A DNA stretch of 64,000 nucleotides from Promethearchaeota archaeon (lineage in GTDB: Archaea; Asgardarchaeota; Lokiarchaeia; Sigyniarchaeales; SOKP01). The notes beneath the pieces are model-generated. The model saw only the letters and a program-made list of their open reading frames with translations. It did no database searches and was not told where the DNA came from. The position numbers and the translations under genes are program-made. Below, piece after piece: positions 1 through 8,375 of this stretch. Every line of letters starts with the position of its first letter. Positions within the stretch are counted from its first letter, which is position 1. The DNA is taken from contig JALGVJ010000008.1 in assembly GCA_029838195.1 (NCBI GenBank), forward strand, positions 70,132 to 134,131. The letters run 5' to 3'.

Positions 1-221
1 GGATGATGTTCATATAAAAATTCTGATCATTCTCATTATTATTATTATTTTATATTATTTTTGTTTTTTTGTCCCTCGGAATTTATTCACTCGAAACCAA
101 CAGGAATGTTCTTTAATTCATGTGGGCTTTTCTCCATTTTTTTACCTCAGAGATGAATAAACAATTAATATTAGAAAAAATAATATTTTTATAATTAATC
201 GAGAAAAACGGGAAATTATTA

Positions 222-1751
222 ATGTCAAAAATAAAAACCGCTTTTAATGAAATAAAAAATATCGTGGGAGATGATTTCATAACCGATAAAGATTTTATGA
301 AAGCAGCCTATTCAAGAAATGTAGATCCCGCTTTTCCAGACAGATGGGCAGACATGATCGTGCGACCTGAATCAACTGAAGAAGTCTCTGAAATTGTCAA
401 AATTGCTAATAAATACAAGATTCCCATGGTCCCTCGAGGCGGAGGCGCGGATCTGGTCGGAGGTTCGGTAAGCGATGGGGGAATTTTAATTGATTTAACG
501 AGAATGAACCATGTTATTGACATAAACGAGACGGATTATTATTGCGAGGTGGAATGCGGAATTACATGGGGTGCTCTCTTAGCGGAATTACAGAAAAAAG
601 AGCTAACCACGGGAGTTCTTGGTCCAGGCTCCGGCTTCTCTGCCACGATCGGCGGTGGATTATCGAACAGCACGGCAGGTTTTGGCTCTACTAAATATGG
701 TCTGGTGCCAGATATCTGCTTGGGGGTGGAAGTTGTATTACCCGATCCCAAAGGCACGATCATGCGAACGGGCGCAGCAGCAAATAAATACGCAAAACCC
801 TTTTGCAGGTATGGCGTGGCACCGGATTTTACCAGTTTGTTCATGGGGGATGTGGGCACGCTGGGAATCAAAACAAAAGCTTTTTTACGATTATTTCCGG
901 ACACGCCTTATAAGAAACAGATGCTATATATCCTTCATGAAGATAATTATGAGACCGTTTATAAATTAATGCATCTATTAAGGAAAAAAGTAAATGAGGG
1001 ATTACATGATGTTTTTGTAGTACCCTTACGGGTAGTTCAATTACTTGGTACGTTCGCTATAAATAAACCTAAAAAACGGGCTAAATTGAGAGGCCCCGTA
1101 TTTTCCATCCTTTTAGAAGCGCTTGATGAAAAAATTCTTGAACGATATCAAGAATTAGTAGAAGACATCATGAAAAATGACACGCGCCCTTTTGAATGGC
1201 AAGAAATTGATTTAGATGCGGAATCATCTAAGGATTGGAAATTTAACTTGAAATATGCTTTCAATTATTTTAATAAATACATCTCGGTAATGCCACCAAA
1301 AATTTCATGTACGACATGCCATAAAATCCCCATTTCCGCACTCCCCGAAGTAGAAAAATCAAGTAGAGAGTTTGACAAAAAACATATCAATGAATTTCCA
1401 CCTCAATCCATTTCTCTTTTTGCTACCGTGATTTTTCTCGTTCCTAATGGTAATTGCGTAGTAGTTGGGGGTTTCAACGCTGACAACGTAGATGAACATA
1501 GAGAACGTTCAATGAATTTATGGCATGAAAAACTAAGACATCAAGTGAAATATGGAGGTGTTCATTATTGGCTTGGAGAAGCGATTTCCCAATCGATCGT
1601 GGAGGCTAATGCCTATACGCCGGAGTTTTATCAATTTTTCAAGGATATTAAAAAGACCGTGGATCCCAATTATCTTCTCAGTCCCAAGAAATTTCACATG
1701 TATAGTTATCAAGAAGATGTGAGCAAATATATCATTTCTGATGAGGATTAA
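222..1751 (+). CDS. FAD-binding oxidoreductase (GlcD/D-lactate dehydrogenase-like, FAD_binding_4)
   Basis: VRPESTEEVSEIVKIAN...PRGGGADLVGG FAD-binding motif, ATIGG, GTLGI; 509 aa. Confidence 0.85.
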   Translation: MSKIKTAFNEIKNIVGDDFITDKDFMKAAYSRNVDPAFPDRWADMIVRPESTEEVSEIVKIANKYKIPMVPRGGGADLVGGSVSDGGILIDLTRMNHVIDINETDYYCEVECGITWGALLAELQKKELTTGVLGPGSGFSATIGGGLSNSTAGFGSTKYGLVPDICLGVEVVLPDPKGTIMRTGAAANKYAKPFCRYGVAPDFTSLFMGDVGTLGIKTKAFLRLFPDTPYKKQMLYILHEDNYETVYKLMHLLRKKVNEGLHDVFVVPLRVVQLLGTFAINKPKKRAKLRGPVFSILLEALDEKILERYQELVEDIMKNDTRPFEWQEIDLDAESSKDWKFNLKYAFNYFNKYISVMPPKISCTTCHKIPISALPEVEKSSREFDKKHINEFPPQSISLFATVIFLVPNGNCVVVGGFNADNVDEHRERSMNLWHEKLRHQVKYGGVHYWLGEAISQSIVEANAYTPEFYQFFKDIKKTVDPNYLLSPKKFHMYSYQEDVSKYIISDED

Positions 1752-2057
1752 TTATAGTTTGTTTTCACAGCTCCTCCTTTTCACTTAAGCTACAGATCTT
1801 TTAATTGTTTTTAAAATTTTTTGATTGTACTCAATAAAGATTATTTTAGTGAGAAAACTAGCGTAAATCTCATGATTTATTCTCATTCAATGAAAAAACG
1901 AGGGAGAGCGGAATTTGATGGAATTTAGTATTTATTGAGGCCCATGAAATATTTAAGACTTTTACAATATTCTCGAAATTATTAATAGAAGTGGTAGATA
2001 TTTATATATTTTAATTTTAATATTTAATCTGAAAAAAAAGAAAAATGGTAGGTAAAA

Positions 2058-3774
2058 ATGCCGAGTCAGTGTAAATTCGTGTTCGTGACGGGTGGTGTAA
2101 TGAGTGGTATAGGTAAAGGAGTTGCTACGGCCAGTCTGGGAAAGATCCTTCAATTCCGTGGTTTTAACGTTTCAATCGTTAAAATTGACCCTTATCTTAA
2201 CGTGGACCCCGGCACGCTTAATCCAATAGAACATGGTGAATGTTTTATCACGGAAGATGTATGGGATTTTAAACCAGTTCCCGAATCAGATGAAAAGGTT
2301 TATCGAATATCGGAAATTGACCAAGATTTCGGTACATTCCGTAATGCAATTCGCATGATGAGGTAAACACGAAAGATTTCTTGGTATTGATATTCACCCT
2401 TCCCATAACATTACTTCAGGCCAAATATACCTTGCAACCATTCTCAGAGAGAGAAAGGGAAAATTTCTTGGAAAAACAGTCCAAATAATTCCACATTGCA
2501 CGAATATGATAAAGGAGCGCTTATTAAGCATAGCAGAAAAAGAAGGACTTGAAGTTTTATTGGTGGAATGCGGGGGAACGGTAGGCGACTTGGAATCCGG
2601 GATTTTCCTTGAAGCTTTTAGACAATTAAAATTAGAACTTCCAAAAAACAACACGGCTTTTGTACATGTCACGCTTGTTCCCTATTCCACGGTGATTGGT
2701 CAGCAAAAATCCAAACCGACGCAACATTCGGTAAAAATGCTTCAGAGTGCTGGTTTGCAACCCGATATTTTGATTGGACGGAGCGAAAAACCCTTAGAAG
2801 AGGATATACGGAAAAAATTATCTTTATTCACGAACGTTCCATTGAAGGCAGTCATTTCCAATCCCGATTTGGATTGCGTCTATGAACTACCCTTATTATT
2901 TGAAGAACAATCGATTGGAGATTATTTGTGTGAAATATTGGACTTAAAAGCAAAATTAGTTTCGTTTAATGAGGTTACTAATTTTTCAGAATGGAAAAAA
3001 ACGGTTGATAAATTTAAAAATGCCAAGAACAAAATTAGGATTGCGATGCCAGGAAAATATTTTAACATTACGGATTCATATATTTCGATCAATGAAGCCT
3101 TAGAGCATGCCAGCATTCATCAAGGATTCACAACTGATTTAAAAATGATAAATATTGATGATAATACCAATATTGAGGAAGAGGTAAAAGATTGCGATGG
3201 AATAGTTCTTACTCCGGGATTTGGCAGGAGAGCCGTTGAAGGAATGATCAAGAGCGCTGAAATTGCCATGGAAAAAAAGATACCCTTTTTGGGGATATGT
3301 TTTGGTGCCCAGTTATTTTATGTAGCCTTTTGTAGAAAATATTTAGGTTTAAAAGGTGCTAATTCCACTGAAATTAACCCCAACACGCCCTATCCTGTTG
3401 TTGATTTATTAGAAAGCCAGAAAAACGTGAATGAAAAGGGAGGGACCATGAGATTAGGAGGTTTAAGAGTTATTATCGAAGAAAATACCATACTCCATGA
3501 AGCTTATAAAAAGAAAGAGATAATAGAGCGATTTCGACATCGTTATCACCTCATACCTCAAGGTCATTCGAAAGAAAAAGGTCTTATCGTCTCAAGCTGG
3601 GATGAGGAAAAAAAAATCATAAACAGCATAGAATTGGATAGAAAACTCCATGATTTCATGGTTGGAACGCAGTTTCATCCGGAATTCAAGTCCCGTCCCT
3701 TTCGTGCAAGTCCTATTTATTCTGCTTTTATCAAGGCTTGCATTCAATATAAACAAAAGAGGCAACCTTCTTAA
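2058..3774 (+). CDS. pyrG: CTP synthase, two exons: join(2058..2337,2369..3774), 561 aa after removal of a 31-nt intron
   Basis: [10 protein letters not shown] and [12 protein letters not shown] in exon 1; the join gives DQDFGT-Y-ERFLG; exon 2 continues NITSGQIY...[39 protein letters not shown] in the frame of ORF 2506..3774. Confidence 0.93.
2338..2368 (+). other. Candidate bulge-helix-bulge (archaeal tRNA-endonuclease type) mRNA intron, 31 nt
   Basis: TCCGTAATGCAATTCGCATGATGAGGTAAAC; contains in-frame TAA (2364-2366) and shifts the frame; both ends lie after the 2nd nt of 3-nt bulges flanking a GTAC/GTAA central helix; long exon-exon stem and internal hairpin. Confidence 0.8.
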
Positions 3775-4037
3775 ACCAAGAGTTTTACTATATTATTTTT
3801 CAATTTACGTTAATATTAAGCAAAAAAGCAAGATTCCTACATGTTAATCGCTATCATCCATGAAAGAAAATAGACCGAGGGTTTAAATTTTTAAACAAAT
3901 TTTAAATAAGGCATCGGATATTATCTAATGCTTTTTCTTAAGATTTACTTAAAGATGATTAAGGATTTAATAAAAGGCATGGAAAAAAATAATAGATGCG
4001 GTAAATTTAATATATAAACAATAGAAAAAAAACATCG

Positions 4038-5171
4038 ATGTTGTACAAGGACGAGCGTCCCGCAATATTAATGTTAAAAGACGGGCGTTATTTTGAGGGC
4101 ATTGGATTTGGAGCTACTAAAACCGTGACAGGAGAACTTGTTTTTACAACTATTACTGGAGCGGGCTACAACGAGACACTTACCGATCCTTCTTACTGGG
4201 GGCAAATTGTTGTCATGACTCATCCTTTAGTAGGAAATTATGGAGTCCCACCGTGGGAAAAGGATGAGCATGGTATTACCAAATATTTTGAATCAGATTC
4301 GATTAAGGTAAGCGGATTTGTAGTGAATGAATGTTGTAAGATTCCCAGTCATTATGAAAGCGTGAAAACATTGGATGAGTTTTTACAAGAACAAGACGTG
4401 CCCGGCATTGAATGGATTGATACGAGAGCGATTACAAAAATTTTACGAGAAGAAGGGGTGCAAGTCGGACTATTATCGGTCATGGATGAAGGAGAAACAC
4501 CCGATTTAAACCATCTTAAAGAGATTGTTAGTAAGGCTAAAGATCCTAATTTAAGAGAGTTAGCAAGGGAAGTTTGCACGCCAGAAGTTAAAACATTCAC
4601 CCCTACTAATCCCATGGGAAAGGTTGTTGTAATAGATCTGGGCGTGAAATTAAACATCCTCCGTAATTTATTAAAAAGGGGATTAGAGGTCATTTTAGTC
4701 CCGTATGATTATTCACATGAGCAAATAATGGCGTTCAATCCTAATGGCGTGTTAATTTCTAATGGCCCAGGTGATCCAAAAATCTATACTGCTACAATAG
4801 ACACCTGCAGAAAGTTAATGGATAATAATATCCCCATGTTCGGAATCTGTTTAGGAAATCAAATAATTGGATTAGCTGCCGGAGGAACTTCTTATAAATT
4901 AAAATATGGACACCGGGGAGGTAATAAAACCGTAATTAATCTTCAAACAAAACAGTGCTATATTACCTCTCAAAATCACGGCTTCTGCGTGCGAGATTTT
5001 GAAAAAGGAGGCTTTATTGAATTTTTAAAAAATATTGATGATAATTCCAACGAAGGGATAATCCACGAGGAAAAACCCATTCTTGCCGTTCAATTTCATC
5101 CCGAAGCGTCTCCAGGCCCTTTAGATTCTCTCTACTTGTTTGATAAATTCATGGAATTAATGAAATTATAA
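4038..5171 (+). CDS. carA: Carbamoyl-phosphate synthase small subunit
   Basis: LTDPSY, SNGPGDP, GICLG, SQNHGF, QFHPEASPGP. Confidence 0.97.
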   Translation: MLYKDERPAILMLKDGRYFEGIGFGATKTVTGELVFTTITGAGYNETLTDPSYWGQIVVMTHPLVGNYGVPPWEKDEHGITKYFESDSIKVSGFVVNECCKIPSHYESVKTLDEFLQEQDVPGIEWIDTRAITKILREEGVQVGLLSVMDEGETPDLNHLKEIVSKAKDPNLRELAREVCTPEVKTFTPTNPMGKVVVIDLGVKLNILRNLLKRGLEVILVPYDYSHEQIMAFNPNGVLISNGPGDPKIYTATIDTCRKLMDNNIPMFGICLGNQIIGLAAGGTSYKLKYGHRGGNKTVINLQTKQCYITSQNHGFCVRDFEKGGFIEFLKNIDDNSNEGIIHEEKPILAVQFHPEASPGPLDSLYLFDKFMELMKL

Positions 5172-5399
5172 CCTATCAATTTTTTATCAAAAAATAGAAA
5201 ATTTCTGAGAACGATTTTAAATTTATTAATCTATGTTAAAAAAATATCGCTAAAAATAAATTAAATTCGTCCCGCGATTAAAATTAAAACATTGATTGTC
5301 AGATTTAAATATTTCTTCAAATTAAGAATTCCGAGAGAAAAATTAGTTGCGGTTGGAATCAATTGATTTAATAGAAATATTTGTATCTTCTTTTGTTTT

Positions 5400-5753
5400 T
5401 TAAATTTTATTTTTCCGAGTTTCTAATTTTTCAAATAACTTCTCTGATTTTTTCAATTCTAACTCCATTTCTTCTTTTGTCAAGGATGGAGATTGAATTC
5501 TCTCACGATCTAGATATTCCATCATCTCGTAGAGTGATACTTTAGCCATGGTTGCAGCTTCAGCTAAACTAATTATACCTTTTCTATATTTTTCTGCCGC
5601 ATTTTTCATTCGATATTCCTTCATTTGAATAAGAAGGAATTTTCGAATTAGTGTAGATCGATCAACTTTTTCTTTCTCACATATTTTATTTAATTCTTCA
5701 ATTTCTTTTTCGTCTAGACGGGTTGATATTACATTAGTCATCTTACTATTCAC
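5400..5753 (-). CDS. UPF0175-family (RHH/HTH) antitoxin-like protein
   Basis: ISTRLD...DRSTLIR, YRKGIISLAEAATMAKVSLYEM; adjacent to a PIN gene. Confidence 0.75.
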   Translation of the reverse strand: MNSKMTNVISTRLDEKEIEELNKICEKEKVDRSTLIRKFLLIQMKEYRMKNAAEKYRKGIISLAEAATMAKVSLYEMMEYLDRERIQSPSLTKEEMELELKKSEKLFEKLETRKNKI

Positions 5754-5757
5754 CTTG

Positions 5758-6246
5758 TTATTGATTTAATTTTTCTAAAAAAAATAAGATGGATTTTGGT
5801 TTTGTAGCATTTACAGTTTCTAATTGCTCTAAAATATTCATGAATTCATTTTTCTTCAAAATTCGTTTCTGATATGCATGAAAGAAAAAAGTATCTAATC
5901 GTATTGTGTTCAGTTCAAAATTAATGAATTTTTTATAAGCCCTCTCGTCAGAAGTTATACAAATTCCATGATCCTTAGCTAAAATATAACAGCTCGTCTC
6001 ACCAGCATCTCTAAATAAATAAATCTCTTTTGAAACATCGACAGATATTACCGGAATCATGAATTCTTTTAATAATTTCTCTATTTCAAAAGCATCTTTA
6101 TGTTCTTCATGTTTACCTCTTATAACTACTTCCTCATAAACGGTTGAATCAATTACAACGGGAAATTGAGTCAACTCAATAAATTTCCTAAATATTCTTG
6201 CTTTCGCCAAATAAATTAAAGTACAAGCATCCAATATCCATCTCAT
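5758..6246 (-). CDS. PIN-domain (DUF3368-like) protein, putative toxin
   Basis: ILDACTLIYL, VYEEVV, DAGETSCYILA, ITSDERA acidic PIN residues. Confidence 0.75.
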   Translation of the reverse strand: MRWILDACTLIYLAKARIFRKFIELTQFPVVIDSTVYEEVVIRGKHEEHKDAFEIEKLLKEFMIPVISVDVSKEIYLFRDAGETSCYILAKDHGICITSDERAYKKFINFELNTIRLDTFFFHAYQKRILKKNEFMNILEQLETVNATKPKSILFFLEKLNQ

Positions 6247-6498
6247 TATTAATATATATACATCTACTTATTTATATTATTATCGATTGTATACAACATT
6301 CTCAAAATCTTTATTAAATTATTTTTTAAATTAGAAGAATCTGAAAATTTTCAAGTAGATCTCTGAAAATCAAAATACCAGATATTCGGAAATTAGTTCC
6401 TTATCAAAAAATGTTTCCTTCGAAATGAACTAAATGATTATACGTGAAATTTTTTATAATAAAATTAATAAAAAAATAACGGGCTTAAAATCCCTTGA

Positions 6499-6942
6499 TT
6501 ATTCAATGATTTCGATATACCCCTCATTTCCATTGACATGTACTAAAGTTCCATTTGGAATTTGTTTTAATTTCTCAAAATCTATTTGATCTACGATGGG
6601 AAATTTAAGTCCAAAAAAGATATCTGAAATTACTGCGCCAGAACTCATGAGAGGTTCGCCTCTCTCGCAAACAATAGCTTTAGGGGCAATTCCTCGATGA
6701 ATTGTTTCAAGTAATACAAAACCTAAAGTTGTCGTGCCAATGGGATAGGGAAAAATTAAAACCTTATTTGAAACATTTTTCTTATAAAGTTCATGAGTTC
6801 TATCGGCTACTTTCAGCTTTTTACTAAACTGTATTAAGGGGAAAGTAAAGGCGGCGGAAATGCTAAACGGTTGAGAAGTGACCACTGCTTCTCCCTCTAC
6901 AATACCTTCACTCAATCCTCTTCCTTTTAAGATTTTAGTCAT
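6499..6942 (-). CDS. Aconitase X small (swiveling-domain, DUF126) subunit
   Basis: GRGLSEGIVEGEAVVT, KVLIFP..IGTT, APKAI, VHVNGNEG; start moved to the ATG at 6942, which overlaps the end of the large-subunit gene. Confidence 0.8.
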   Translation of the reverse strand: MTKILKGRGLSEGIVEGEAVVTSQPFSISAAFTFPLIQFSKKLKVADRTHELYKKNVSNKVLIFPYPIGTTTLGFVLLETIHRGIAPKAIVCERGEPLMSSGAVISDIFFGLKFPIVDQIDFEKLKQIPNGTLVHVNGNEGYIEIIE

Positions 6943-8131
6943 TATTCGTACCCCTCTCTGCAATTTGAATACATTCATCAATATTTTTATACGTGGCATT
7001 ACTATAAAAACAAGTTTTAGCTGAATTAGTAATTAAAGGACGAGGCAAGGCTGTTAATAAAGGACAAAAATGGGTAAGGTGGGCGCCCGAATCTTTTAAG
7101 ATTTCATTATATTCTGAATTAACGATCTCATCTTTTATTTCCTTATTTGTACAAATCCAAAAATTTATTCCGGGCGCAATTTTTTTACCTTTCAGCTTTT
7201 CAAGAACAATAAGAACCTCGTCCCTACTCAAATGGGGGCAGCCGATTGAAAGGTTTTTGGGTGGCAAAGACCATTCTGTACTATATTTTTCCCTCACTTC
7301 ATTTATATCATCCATGGTAATTTCAATTACGTCCTCCGGTTTATCATTTTGAAATGCTACTTCTACGTTTTTTGCCTCTGGAGTTTTTCCGATCACGTGT
7401 ATCAAAGCAACGGCACCGGTGGACGCAGAAGCAGCGCCTAAATTTTTAATCTCATCATTGGAAGCGTGTTCTAAGCCTTCTATTACCGGAATTTTATTTC
7501 CTGCAATTTCACCAATGATTAATCCCATGGAGGTTAAATTAAATAAATCGTGTTTATCAACATCATCAGAAAGCCGAAAAAGCAAATCTCCTTTGCGGTT
7601 TTCAGTCAGGTGAAGCCCATGATAAGATGTCTTGCCAAGAATCCCACACGCAATGTCTACTAACCCTCCTTCTCTATTTGATCGCGCTCCTATTACGGAA
7701 TTTAAATAGATGACGGCAGAGGATTCAGACCATGCGCAATGTTCGCCAAAATTAGGCCTATTATCAAGAAAATATGGCGTGCAAGTAAACCCATGAATTC
7801 CAACATGAAGTAAGTCATCAATCAATTGATCATGCAGAGTAAACATGGGATAGACCATGCTAAGTTCGTCTTTATAATCCATGTCAATGATGGGATCTGC
7901 TGTGGTTCTAACTTTCACTTTTAAATTTGCTTCCCGAATTTCATGTATTACTTGGGCAGCCGCATTAACAAAATTTAATCCAAAGTTTAATACGGTATGG
8001 GCTGACGTGATATCTATTAATTTCTCTGCTCCGAACGATTCTCCTAATTTTACGATTAATTTCATCAATTTTGCGAGCATTTCCCCTTTGTTTCCGGAAA
8101 AAATAGCTTCTTCTTCGCGATTTAAAAACAT
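6935..8131 (-). CDS. Aconitase X catalytic (DUF521) subunit
   Basis: TCTPY, AWSESSAVIYLNSVIGARSNREGG, GCPH, FCP cysteine ligands. Confidence 0.88.
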   Translation of the reverse strand: MFLNREEEAIFSGNKGEMLAKLMKLIVKLGESFGAEKLIDITSAHTVLNFGLNFVNAAAQVIHEIREANLKVKVRTTADPIIDMDYKDELSMVYPMFTLHDQLIDDLLHVGIHGFTCTPYFLDNRPNFGEHCAWSESSAVIYLNSVIGARSNREGGLVDIACGILGKTSYHGLHLTENRKGDLLFRLSDDVDKHDLFNLTSMGLIIGEIAGNKIPVIEGLEHASNDEIKNLGAASASTGAVALIHVIGKTPEAKNVEVAFQNDKPEDVIEITMDDINEVREKYSTEWSLPPKNLSIGCPHLSRDEVLIVLEKLKGKKIAPGINFWICTNKEIKDEIVNSEYNEILKDSGAHLTHFCPLLTALPRPLITNSAKTCFYSNATYKNIDECIQIAERGTNND

Positions 8132-8375
8132 CCCGATTTCACTCCTATATTGTGTTACATTTAAGGATGAAAGGTTTGTTTTAAAAGATTACCATTCGAT
8201 TATTAATTGGACAAGGGATACTCAAACCATTAATAATATAAAGTGAAAAAAAATAATAGATTTCTTTTCTTATACTTCTTGAAGGTTGAAAGTGGAGGAA
8301 TTATTTAAATTTTTAAGGGTTACTAATGAAAAAAACGAAAAATCTTTTAACACTTTTAATAAAAGGTCATTTAAC

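Noticed and set aside
87-137. Selenocysteine read-through at the TGA of the 16-codon ORF
   Set aside because: No redox motif around the TGA, no SECIS recognised, and read-through gives only a low-complexity tail.
2338-2368. Spliceosomal, group I/II intron, IS footprint or C/D-box guide RNA
   Set aside because: The motif-restoring junctions are not GT-AG, it is far too short for a ribozyme, it is not a duplication of flanking sequence, and it has no CUGA box D.
2058-3774. pyrG as a simple frameshifted pseudogene or naturally split two-gene enzyme
   Set aside because: A 1-nt indel cannot explain it: 31 extra nt lie inside the conserved motif, the segment 2369-2505 is conserved PyrG sequence with no start of its own, and both halves are otherwise intact.
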